From contig CATNEN010000041.1 in assembly GCA_950097015.1 (NCBI GenBank), positions 1,364,001 through 1,428,000 on the forward strand: 64,000 bases of DNA. The letters run 5' to 3'. The position numbers and the translations under genes were made by a program. The notes beneath the pieces are model-generated. The model ran no database searches and was not told where the DNA came from. It was given only the letters and a program-made list of their open reading frames with translations. Source of the DNA: Macrostomum hystrix (lineage: Eukaryota; Animalia; Platyhelminthes). This document shows positions 24,972-36,448 of the stretch, piece by piece. Every line of letters begins with the position of its first letter. Position 1 is the stretch's first letter.

Positions 24972-26812
24972 TTTGTATAATGTATAACTTCAATGTATAA
25001 CTTAATGTTAATCCCCGAGTAGTATGCTCCCCGAAAAAAATTCATAATTCATATTCGAAATATAACAAACATTTCGGCTCTGTACAACCAAATCGCTTCA
25101 AAATTTACAGCTTTCTAACAGCAAGCGAGTTATCAATGCACATCAAATTTAGAGTCGATAGTCATACAGTTCAAAAGTTATATATGCCTGAACTGGGCTC
25201 GCCCATCTTCGCAATGCATTAATTATATATGTATTATTGGATGCTCACATTTATATTCAGAATGGAGCCACTTTCACTGCATGAAATCTAAAAAACTTTA
25301 CATCTAGAAAGTTATGCTGCTTTAATTTCTGTAATTTCAAAACTGATTCTGGTATCACAATTCTGGAATCTTATTTTGGCGATTGGGATAGATATAGACA
25401 TAAGAGATAATCGACTAGAGAAATTCACAAGAACTACAATTAGGAAGAGCAATTTATGTAGCTGGCTGGAGCGCAGAATACTCATGAACGAAATTTCCTG
25501 CATAAAAATCTGAAGTTGGTCAGTGCACATTTGGGAAACGCATGACATCAAAGATGACAGACGACTCGGAGGCAAAGACCGTGGGGCCGAGCTTGGCCGG
25601 CTGCAAAGGGATTAGCCAGAGAGCCAGAGGGAGAGAATTCGGACGAGTCTACCATGCTGAGGCGTGCGATGAGAGGGTGCAGCTCGCAGCTCGCTAGAAG
25701 TGTCATCAGACGCAGGCTGGTGACCTCGGATTGCTGTGTGGGTTCATAGCCTGGTAGTGCTGGTAGTTGTTCCAGCTCTCAGGTCTCACCAGGTCTCACC
25801 GTGGTCTCAGCTCCAGTGGTTAGCTCCAGCTCCAGCTAGGACAGCCCGGATCTAGACTTATTCCTAGACCTATTGATCCAATTGTCCCATTCGCGATAAG
25901 ACGCCAGCAATCCAACCTGGGGGTGCTACTAATCCATGGTCTGTGCAAGGATACTTCTAGACTATTGGCTAACGAAGGCTACTTCTAGGCTAACGAAGTG
26001 CTACGAGTGCAGGTCCTTGAGTCCGTATAGTCTCGGGTCACCATGTCGAGCTGATATGTGCATTTATCGAGTAGGAGGATAAAATGTATACTTTAATCCA
26101 GTAAACAACGACGCACCATTTGACAGGAACAAATTTGTTTTGAAAAGCTGAGAGAATTGCGAAAATATTTGCGCACAGGAAACGATGCTTCGTCCTTTTT
26201 AGTTAACTTAAGTTGAAGTATTACTTAACAAGTGCATTGTTGCACGTCTTAATACGCAGCAGAGCTAAGGACTAAGCTAGGGTAGATCAATAGAGGGTAG
26301 CAGGTGGCTTTTGCTTTTTTAGCGCGGGCTCAACCAGCAGCTGAGAGAAGCTCTGAGCGGAGAGCTGGCCACAATAGCAGCGCAGACTCGAAACTAGAGA
26401 ATGCAGAGGTGCGGCGCCAACCGCTGGCTCCAAGGTTTAGGCGGAGGCTTCAAGACCCTAAATTTGCCCATGAGAGCTGAGCTCACTGCTGGAGTGAGGA
26501 GTCAGCTCACTGCATGCGGTGTCAGCACAGTTGCGCTCAATTGTCTCCCGGGTCGGCCGAATCGATGCTCGATTGCTCGCTGAACCAGAACAGTCCGGTC
26601 GCGTTGTTGGCTCCAGCAGTTGGGGCGGCTGGCTACAGCTGAAAATGCTTTAATGCCGACTGCTTCACCCAGCTGGGCTACTCAACGGGTGTCGGAGAAA
26701 TTGTCTGAGAGACAGTATAGCAATTTATTTCTCGGCGTGTAAACAAACGGCGAATCCAATTCTTCTTTTGCTAAGCTGAGCCGGAACTCGAAGGCCAGAA
26801 TCGGCATCCAGG

Positions 26813-29800
26813 ATGCAGCTGGCAATGACTGGACTGCTTCTGCTCAGCCTGCTGGCGCTGTGCCACGGCGGCAGCTTAATACAGGGACTGCGACCCGAGT
26901 TCTGTGAGTTCACAATGTACTTTTGACAACCGGGTTTTTTGCTGTCCATACATCTCCTTGGCAAGGCAGCACCACGGCTGATTTAGGAGGCCATTGGGGG
27001 TTGGGCACTGATTTCACTGGTCTATTTTCTGGCATTGCTTAGTTTCTGAGCAAAATCTGTTAGTCAGGAGCTTCTGAATCTCATAATGCCTAATGTTTTC
27101 ACATGTTTTCAGCTAAAAAACTACCGATAAGCTACGGCTGCTTTAAGGACCACAGCGGCGCTCGCGACCTGACTGTGCTGGCCAAGAAGGGCTTCGTGAC
27201 CGCCCACGGCTGCATGTACCTCTGCAGAGGCATGGAGTACAAACTGTTCGGCCTGCAGAACGGCAGCGAGTGCTGGTGCGGCAACTCGCACGGCCGGCAT
27301 GGCAGGGCCAAACTCGCCAACTGCAACCTCAGCTGCACCGGCGACCGCAGGCAGAACTGCGGCGGCAAGCTGCACAACCGAATCTACCCCACCAGTGAGT
27401 ACTGACTGACTGACTGACTGACTGACTGACTGACTGACTGACTGACTGACTGACTGACTGACTGACTGACTGACTGACTGACTGACTGACTGACTGATGA
27501 GTGGATGAGTGGATGAGTCCTTGCTGAGCTCATAATGAAAATGATTTCCGCAATGGCCTTTCAGAGCATGCGAGGGCCAGGAAGGGTGAGTTTATGCAGC
27601 TCTCTATCTATCTATTTGCAGGGGGGCCCGGGGCACTTGTCGCACAAGCGACGGAGCGGCACGCCCCCAGACCGGCGAACTAGGCGCTTAGCGCCCATCG
27701 CGCCGCCTCCCCTGAGCAGGCACCACACACAGCAGCACAGACCAGCCGGGAGGGCAGGGAGGGCAGGAGGCACCCAGAATAGGCAGCAGCGCACCCACCC
27801 CAGCCCCACACGCGCAGAGCACCGAAATTAATCGGGACTTGAAGGGAGAATCGAACTAGCGTCCATTGGAGTAAGAGGCAGCGACGCTAGCCGCTGACCC
27901 ACTCGCCCCTTGTTTATGCAGCTCAGTCGTGGCCTAAAAGCTGCACACCGGTCCCATTTATTGAAAAGCAATGATAGCAACAACCACCTAATATTGCAGC
28001 GATCCTAATTGCCGATAGATCACCTTCACTTTCTTCTAAATCGAAAGGCTCAGGTGAGTCCATTGCCAGGTGCTCAAGCTGCGAGATGTCCTCAAAGTTC
28101 TAATCAAAGTTGAGCACTCACCCGCCAAAACCGCACAAACTACTCTTGCAGGTAGCCGACAGAAACTAAAACTGAAAATCAAAGTGAAGGGAAGGAACAA
28201 AAGAAGACCGGTGGTTGTGAAGAAGATAAAAGTACAGAACAATCAGCAGCGAACTGCGAAACTGAGCAAGTCGGGGCAAAGGCATGGACTGCAACTAGGT
28301 TTGCGATTCCACGGCGGCCTGCAAGTTCAGAGGCCAGTATGGAAGGTAAAGAAGGTGAAAAAACGCAGCCAGAAGTTAAAGCTGAAAATAAAAAACAGAA
28401 GGAAGCCAAAGTTTCACCAGCTGCTGGCAGGTGGCAGACATTTCAGAAGCCAAGTTTTTGCAACAAAAAAGAAAAAACTGTCCGTAAAGCTCCTCGACCG
28501 AAACGGCAGCAAGTCAAGAGGAAAGAAGGGCGGCAAGTGGAGAGGAAAGAAAAACGGCAAGTGGAGATTCAAGAAGGGCGGCAAGTGGAGAGGAAAGAAG
28601 GGCGGAAAGATCCGCGTCAAGATCGGCGGCAAGTGGAGATTCAAGAAGGGCGGCAAGTGGAGAGGAAAGAAAAACGGCAAGTGGAGATTCAAGAAGGGCG
28701 GCAAGTGGAGAGGAAAGAAAAACGGCAAGTGGAGATTCAAGAAGGGCGGCAAGTGGAGAGGAAAGAAGGGCGGCAAGTGGAGATTCAAGAAGGGCGGCAA
28801 GTGGAGAGGAAAGAAAAACGGCAAGTGGAGATTCAAGAACAGCGGCAAGTGGAGAGGAAAGAAGGGCGGCAAGTGGAGATTCAAGAAGGGCGGCAAGTGG
28901 AGAGGAAAGAAGGGCGGCAAGTGGAGAGGAAAGAAGGGAAGAAAGATCCGCGTCAAGATCGGCGGCAAGGGGAGATTCAAGAAGGGGGGCAAGTGGAGAG
29001 GAAAGAAGGGCGGCAAGTGGAGAGGAAAGAAAAACGGCAAGTGGAGATTCAAGAAGGGCGGCAAGTGGAGAGGAAAGAAGGACGGAAAGATCCGCGTCAA
29101 GATCGGCGGCAAGGGGAGATTCAAGAAGGGCGGCAAGTGGAGAGGAAAGAAGGGCGGCAAGTGGAGAGGAAAGAAAAACGGCAAGTGGAGATTCAAGAAG
29201 GGCGGCAAGTGGAGATTCAAGAAGGGCGGCAGGTGGAGAGGAAAGAAGGGAAGAAAGATCCGCGTCAAGATCGGCGGCAAGGGGAGATTCAAGAAGGGCG
29301 GCAAGTGGAGAGGAAAGAAGGGCGGCAAGTGGAGAGGAAAGAAAAACGGCAAGTGGAGATTCAAGAAGGGCGGCAAGTGGAGATTCAAGAAGGGCGGCAG
29401 GTGGAGAGGAAAGAAGGGAAGAAAGATCCGCGTCAAGATCGGCGGCAAGTGGAGATTCAAGAAGGGCGGCAGGTGGAGAGGAAAGAAGGGAAGAAAGATC
29501 CGCGTCAAGATCGGCGGCAAGTGGAGATTCAAGAAGGGCGGAAAGTGGAGACTCAAGAAAGGCGGCAAGTGGAGAGGAAAGAAGGGAAGAAAGATCCGCG
29601 TCAAGATCGGCGGCAAGTGGAGATTCAAGAAGAGCGGCAAGTGGAGATTCATGAAGGGCGGCAAGTGGAGAGGAAGGAAGGGAAGAAAGATCCGCGTCAA
29701 GATCGGCGGCAAGTGGAGATTCAAGAAGGGCGGCAAGTGGAGAGCCAGGAATGGTGACAAGAAGCGCAGAAGCGGAAGTCGAAGTGGAAGGAAGCTGCAC

Positions 29801-32800
29801 AACAGAATGGCCTTTGGTGTCACCATGAAGGCTCGCGGCCGAGGTCTACGAATCAAGTGGAAGGCATTAAAGAGCAAAAGGCAAAGCCGCGGAACGAAAA
29901 GTAGCAAAAAACTAGCAAAGCATTTTGGTGCCCTGCTGGGCGGCCGTCAAAAGGGCGGAATCATCTTTGCGAAACAGAAGCGCAAGTTCTTAATTAAGTC
30001 TGGTTCAAGGATTAGGCTCGGTGCAAAGTTGAGCAAAAGGAGGAGGGGACGCGGGAGAAGGAGAGGACGCGGGAGGAGGAGAGGACGCGGGAGAAGGAGA
30101 GGACGCGGGAGGAGGAGAGGACGCGGGAGAAGGAGAGGACGCGGGAAGAGGAGAGGAGGCGGGAGGAGGAGAGGACGCGGGAGGAGGAGAGGACGCGGGA
30201 GGAGGAGAGGACGCGGGAGAAGGAGAGGACGCGGGAGGAGGAGAGGACGCGGAAGAAGAGAAAGAAAGCTCAAGGGCATTGTCTCTGGTGTTACCGTTAA
30301 AAGAGGATTAAGAGTCAAGCGAATAAAATGGAAGGTTATTAAGTCCAAACGAAGAGTTAAAAGAAAAGAAACTATCAAAAGGCAATATCTAGCTCTCCTT
30401 GGCGGCACCGGTAAAGGCGGAATAATTTTTGCGAAGAAAAGGCCAAAGCTTACCGTCAACGCTAACCACAGAAAAAGCGCTCGAAAGCATGTCAAACTTG
30501 GTGGAAAGAGGACAGGAAGGAAGGGAAGAAAGATCCGCGTAAAGATCGGCGGCAAGTGGAGATTCAAGAAGGGCGGCAAGTGGAGAGGAAAGAAGGGCGG
30601 CAAGTGGAGAGGAAAGAAGGGAAGAAAGATCCGTGTCAAGATCGGCGGCAAGTGGAGATTCAAGAAGGGCGGCAAGTGGAGAGGAAGGAAGGGAAGAAAG
30701 ATCCGCGTCAAGATCGGCGGCAAGTGGAGATTCAAGAAGGGCGGCAAGTGGAGAGGAAAGAAGGGAAGAAAGATCCGCGTCAAGATCGGTGGCAAGTGGA
30801 GATTCAAGAAGGGCGGCAAGTGGAGAGGAAAGAAGGGCGGCAAGTGGAGAGGAAAGAAGGGCGGCAAGTGGAGAGGAAGGAAGGGAAGAAAGATCCGCGT
30901 CAAGATCGGCGGCAAGTGGAGAGGAAGGAAGGGAAGAAAGATCCGCGTCAAGATCGGCGGCAAGTGGAGATTCAAGAAGAGCGGCAGGTGGAGAGGAAAG
31001 AAGGGAAGAAAGATCCGCGTCAAGATCGGTGGCAAGTGGAGATTCAAGAAGGGCGGCAAGTGGAGAGGAAAGAAGGGCGGCAAGTGGAGAGGAAAGAAGG
31101 GCGGCAAGTGGAGAGGAAGGAAGGGAAGAAAGATCCGCGTCAAGATCGGCGGCAAGTGGAGAGGAAGGAAGGGAAGAAAGATCCGCGTCAAGATCGGCGG
31201 CAAGTGGAGATTCAAGAAGAGCGGCAAGTGGAGAGGAAAGAAGGGAAGAAAGATCCGCGTCAAGATCGGCGGCAAGTGGAGATTCAAGAAGGGCGGCAAG
31301 AGGAGAGGAAAGAAAGGAGGCAAGTGGAGAGGAAAGAAGGGAGGCAAGTGGAGAGGAAAGAAAGGAGGCAAGTGGAGAGGAAAGAAGGGAGGCAAGTGGA
31401 GAGGAAGGAAGGGAAGAAAGATCCGCGTCAAGATCGGCGGCAAGTGGAGATTCAAAAAGAGCGGCAAGTGGAGAGGAAAGAAGGGAAGAAAGATCGGCGT
31501 CAAGATCGGCGGCAAGTGGAGATTCAAGAAGGGCGGCAAGTGGAGATTCAAGAAGGGCGGCAAGTGGAGAGGAAGGAAGGGAAGAAAGATCGGCGTCAAG
31601 ATCGGCGGCAAGTGGAGATTCAAGAAGGGCGGCAAGTGGAGATTCAAGAAGGGCGGCAAGTGGAGAGGAAGGAAGGGAAGAAAGATCGGCGTCAAGATCG
31701 GCGGCAAGTGGAGATTCAAGAAGGGCGGCAAGTGGAGATTCAAGAAGGGCGGCAAGTGGAGATTCAAGAAGGGCGGCAAGTGGAGAGGAAGGAAGGGAAG
31801 AAAGATCGGCGTCAAGATCGGCGGCAAGTGGAGATTCAAGAAGGGCGGCAAGTGGAGAGGAAAGAAGGGCGGCAAGTGGAGAGGAAGGAAGGGAAGAAAG
31901 ATCCGCGTCAAGATCGGCGGCAAGTGGAGATTCAAGAAGGGCGGCAAGAGGAGAGGAAAGAAAGGAGGCAAGTGGAGAGGAAAGAAGGGAAGAAAGATCC
32001 GCGTCAAGATCGGCGGCAAGTGGAGATTCAAAAAGAGCGGCAAGTGGAGAGGAAAGAAGGGAAGAAAGATCGGCGTCAAGATCGGCGGCAAGTGGAGATT
32101 CAAGAAGGGCGGCAAGTGGAGATTCAAGAAGGGCGGCAAGTGGAGAGGAAGGAAGGGAAGAAAGATCCGCGTCAAGATCGGTGGCAAGTGGAGATTCAAG
32201 AAGGGCGGCAAGTGGAGAGGAAGGAAGGGAAGAAAGATCCGCGGCAAGATCGGCGGCAAGTGGAGAGGAAAGAAGGGCGGCAAGTGGAGAGGAAAGAAGG
32301 GCGGCAAGTGGAGAGGAAAGAAAAACGGCAAGTGGAGATTCAAGAAGGGCGGCAAGTGGAGTGGAAAGAAAAACGGCAAGTGGAGATTCAGGAAGGGCCG
32401 CAAGTGGAGAGGAAGGAATGGAAGAAAGATCGACATTAAGATCGGCGGCAAGTGGAGATTCAAGAAGGGCGGCAAGTGGAGAGGAAAGAAGGGAAGAAAG
32501 ATCCGCGTCAAGATCGGCGGCAAGCGGAGAGGAAAGAAGGGCGGCAAGTGGAGAGGAAAGAAAAACGGCAAGTGGAGATTCAAGAAGGGCGGCAAGTGGA
32601 GAGGAAGGAAGGGAAGAAATATCCGCGTCAAGATCGGCGGCAAGTGGAGAGGAAAGAAGGGCGGCAAGTGGAGAGGAAAGAAAAACGGCAAGTGGAGATT
32701 CAAGAAGGGCGGCAGGTGGAGAGGAAGGAAGGGAAGAAAGATCGACATTAAGATCGGCGGCAAGTGGAGATTCAAGAAGGGCGGCAAGTGGAGAGGAAGG

Positions 32801-35800
32801 AAGGGAAGAAAGATCCGCGTCAAGATCGGCGGCAAGTGGAGATTCAAGAAGGGCGGCAAGTGGAGAGGAAAGAAAAACGGCAAGTGGAGATTCAAGAAGG
32901 GCGGCAAGTGGAGAGGAAAGAAGGGCGGAAAGATCCGCGTCAAGATCGGCGGCAAGTGGAGATTCAAGAAGGGCGGCAAGTGGAGAGGAAAGAAAAACGG
33001 CAAGTGGAGATTCAAGAAGGGCGGCAAGTGGAGAGGAAAGAAGAACGGCAAGTGGAGATTCAAGAAGGGCGGCAAGTGGAGAGGAAGGAAGGGAAGAAAG
33101 ATCCGCGTCAAGATCGGTGGCAAGTGGAGAGGAAGGAAGGGAAGAAATATCCGCGTCAAGATCGGCGGCAAGTGGAGAGGAAAGAAGGGCGGCAAGTGGA
33201 GAGGAAGGAAGGGAAGAAATATCCGCGTCAAGATCGGCGGCAAGTGGAGAGGAAAGAAGGGCGGCAAGTGGAGAGGAAGGAAGGGCGGCAAGTGGAGAGG
33301 AAGGAAGGGAAGAAATATCCGCGTCAAGATCGGCGGCAAGTGGAGAGGAAAGAAGGGCGGCAAGTGGAGAGGAAGGAAGGGCGGCAAGTGGAGAGGAAGG
33401 AAGGGAAGAAATATCCGCGTCAAGATCGGCGGCAAGTGGAGAGGAAAGAAGGGCGGCAAGTGGAGAGGAAGGAAGGGCGGCAAGTGGAGAGGAAGGAAGG
33501 GAAGAAATATCCGCGTCAAGATCGGCGGCAAGTGGAGAGGAAAGAAGGGCGGCAAGTGGAGAGGAAGGAAGGGCGGCAAGTGGAGAGGAAGGAAGGGAAG
33601 AAAGATCCGCGTCAAGATCGGTGGCAAGTGGAGAGGAAGGAAGGGAAGAAATATCCGCGTCAAGATCGGCGGCAAGTGGAGAGGAAAGAAGGGCGGCAAG
33701 TGGAGAGGAAGGAAGGGAAGAAATATCCGCGTCAAGATCGGCGGCAAGTGGAGAGGAAAGAAGAACGGCAAGTGGAGATTCAAGAAGGGCGGCAAGTGGA
33801 GAGGAAGGAAGGGAAGAAAGATCCGCGTCAAGATCGGTGGCAAGTGGAGAGGAAGGAAGGGAAGAAATATCCGCGTCAAGATCGGCGGCAAGTGGAGAGG
33901 AAAGAAGGGCGGCAAGTGGAGAGGAAGGAAGGGAAGAAATATCCGCGTCAAGATCGGCGGCAAGTGGAGAGGAAAGAAGGGCGGCAAGTGGAGAGGAAGG
34001 AAGGGCGGCAAGTGGAGAGGAAGGAAGGGAAGAAATATCCGCGTCAAGATCGGCGGCAAGTGGAGAGGAAAGAAGGGCGGCAAGTGGAGAGGAAGGAAGG
34101 GCGGCAAGTGGAGAGGAAGGAAGGGAAGAAATATCCGCGTCAAGATCGGCGGCAAGTGGAGAGGAAAGAAGGGCGGCAAGTGGAGAGGAAGGAAGGGTGG
34201 CAAGTGGAGAGGAAGGAAGGGAAGAAATATCCGCGTCAAGATCGGCGGCAAGTGGAGAGGAAAGAAGGGCGGCAAGTGGAGAGGAAGGAAGGGCGGCAAG
34301 TGGAGAGGAAGGAAGGGAAGAAATATCCGCGTCAAGATCGGCGGCAAGTGGAGAGGAAAGAAGGGCGGCAAGTGGAGAGGAAGGAAGGGCGGCAAGTGGA
34401 GAGGAAGGAAGGGAAGAAATATCCGCGTCAAGATCGGCGGCAAGTGGAGAGGAAAGAAGGGCGGCAAGTGGAGAGGAAAGAAAAACGGCAAGTGGAGATT
34501 CAAGAAGGGCGGCAAGTGGAGAGGAAAGAAGGGCGGAAAGATCCGCGTCAAGATCGGCGGCAAGTGGAGATTCAAGAAGGGCGGCAAGTGGAGAGGAAAG
34601 AAGGGAAGAAAGATCCGCGTCAAGATCGGCGGCAAGTGGAGATTCAAGAAGAGCGGCAAGTGGAGAGGAAAGAAGAACGGCAAGTGGAGATTCAAGAAGG
34701 GCGGCAAGTGGAGAGGAAGGAAGGGAAGAAAGATCCGCGTCAAGATCGGCGGCAAGTGGAGAGGAAAGAAGGGTGGCAAGTGGAGAGGAAAGAAGGGAAG
34801 AAAGATCCGCGTCAAGATCGGCGGCAAGTGGAGATTCAAGAAGGGCGGCAAGTGGAGAGGAAAGAAAAACGGCAAGTGGAGATTCAAGAAGGGCGGCAAG
34901 TGGAGAGAAAAGAGGAGCGGTGTCGGTCGTGGATCGGTGAGACTGGAGTCTAAAGTAGTCAGAAAATACGCCTCGCTGTTGGGTGGAGCGGCTAAGGGCG
35001 GCATTGTGTTTGCCAAGCGAAAGCCAAAGTTTGTTGTGAAGTCAAAGAGCTCTGGTGGTGGTGCATCTGTGAGGTCAGGCAAAGTTAAAGTTTCCGCTGT
35101 AAACAACAGATCCGGTTCAGCTACTTCTTCTTCTGCAGTTGCAGGTGAGTCCGAATTGTCTATGAGTCTCTATGCCGTTCAATTGCTTCAAGGTTTACCC
35201 CAAGCATCGCTGTTGGATCCACTTTCAGTCGGCGACTCATCTTCGTCGTCCATTTCATCCGGTTCGAGTTCTCGTGAGTTGCATTTAACTTAAATAACTT
35301 TATTTCAAGAAGTTAACTTTATTATAGAAAGTTGTGGTTCAATAACTTCTAGACACTTCCTCATCAATTGACGCTGGCGGACGGACAGGTAAAACTGTTC
35401 ACCATAACTTTCTATGCTGTAATAGCTGACTAATGAGCGTTGACGAAGATTATTCAGCACTTTCGATTGCCGCCTATTTCAGAGGTCAAGACCATCACAA
35501 GCGTGGAGACGAAGACTTTTGAGTGTGAGTAACGCTTTTTCCGGTCTCACCCGCAATCTGAGCTGATCCTCTGAGCCGCTTCTGGCCCCATTCCTTTGTT
35601 TTGGACCAATCTTGTCCTTGGTTCCTTATGACTGGACCCTAGAAAGATTAGCTTACACCCACCCCGAATCCGCTTCACATTATTGGCTCCAACGTATTCA
35701 GCGTCCACCCACCTCACCGCTGCATTGTCCGTTCAGCGGAGGCCGCTGGTCTCGGCTGTTTCAAGGACTCGGCAACTGCCCGCGACCTTCCATTTAGCGC

Positions 35801-36029
35801 CAGCTTCAGCGGCCCGATGACCGTTGAGAAGTGCATGCAGGCCTGCGCAGACAAGAAGCACCGCTATTTCGGACTGCAGGCTGGCAGCCAGTGCTGGTGC
35901 GGCGACTCGTATGGCAAGCACGGCGGGCCAGTGGATGACGCCCAGTGCAACCAGAAGTGCAGCGGCAACAGCAGCCAGGTCTGCGGTGGCACCCTATTCA
36001 ATAGCATCTTCGACTCTGGCAAGCGCTGA
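26813..36029 (+). CDS. Secreted signal peptide-WSC-giant Lys/Arg/Gly/Trp octapeptide-repeat-WSC protein (gene B, ~2,584 aa)
   Basis: Exons 26813-26903 (MQLAMTGLLLLSLLALCHGGSLIQGLRPEF), 27113-27394 (WSC), 28000-28053, 28152-35144 (6,993-nt open exon), 35483-35524 and 35737-36029 (WSC, stop). All junctions are phase 1 with GTGAGT donors and YAG acceptors. The exons sum to 7,755 nt (2,585 codons). AATAAA lies at 36124-36129. Confidence 0.88.
27113..27394 (+). CDS. N-terminal WSC domain exon of gene B
   Basis: YGCFKD...CMYLC...FGLQNGSECWCGNSHG...CNLSCTG...CGGKLHNRIY. Confidence 0.92.
27401..27496. repeat. (ACTG)n microsatellite, ~24 copies
   Basis: Starts immediately after the GTGAGT donor of the WSC exon. 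Confidence 0.97.
28525..34910 (+). repeat. Coding 24-bp (octapeptide) repeat arrays GGKWRGKK / GGKWRFKK / GRKIRVKI, plus an 18-bp RRRGRG block at ~30040-30260
   Basis: Two arrays (~28525-29745 and ~30505-34910) lie inside the giant exon. Only this frame is open across the unique linkers. Confidence 0.95.
35737..36029 (+). CDS. C-terminal WSC domain exon of gene B
   Basis: GLGCFKDSATARDL...MTVEKCMQAC...YFGLQAGSQCWCG...CNQKCSG...CGGTLFNSIF. Confidence 0.92.
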
Positions 36030-36448
36030 CGGATTTGACCGAGCGCATGTAACCTGTTGACTTACGATATTGACACTTTAAAGGCATGGTGCAGGGTTCT
36101 GCTTACTAAAATTGGACTTACGAAATAAATAATATGAAAAGCTCATGCGAATGCTAGAGTACAAGAGTACATCCTAGCAAGCAGCCTGCTTTGTCATATC
36201 CTACTTTGAACTGGCTTTAAATTAGAAATAACTCTCTAGGCTTGCATTCGCATGCTGCGTTGCGGGGGTTGATTGTCTATGGCCGAGCCCGAGCGGCCTG
36301 ATGCAGCTACCGCTGCTGGCTGAGCGGACCGTGCTTAAGCAGATTATTTTAACCAAGCAAGAATCAGTGCCAGGCAGCGGAAAGCAACCAGGCCCGTGTC
36401 AAAAAGACCAAATCCGCCGCGTGTAGCTCGCAGTCGACAAGCTCCGCC

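Noticed and set aside
22350-25600. AT-rich stretch with short ORFs
   Set aside because: No recognisable domain, codon bias or consistent splice chain. Treated as intergenic.
28070-35293. ORF-track start (28070) and end (35293) for the K/R-rich protein, and the overlapping E/R/Q, S/G/E/R and P/L/F ORFs
   Set aside because: The ends run into introns (acceptor at 28151, donor at 35145). The other frames break at the unique linkers and are repeat artefacts.
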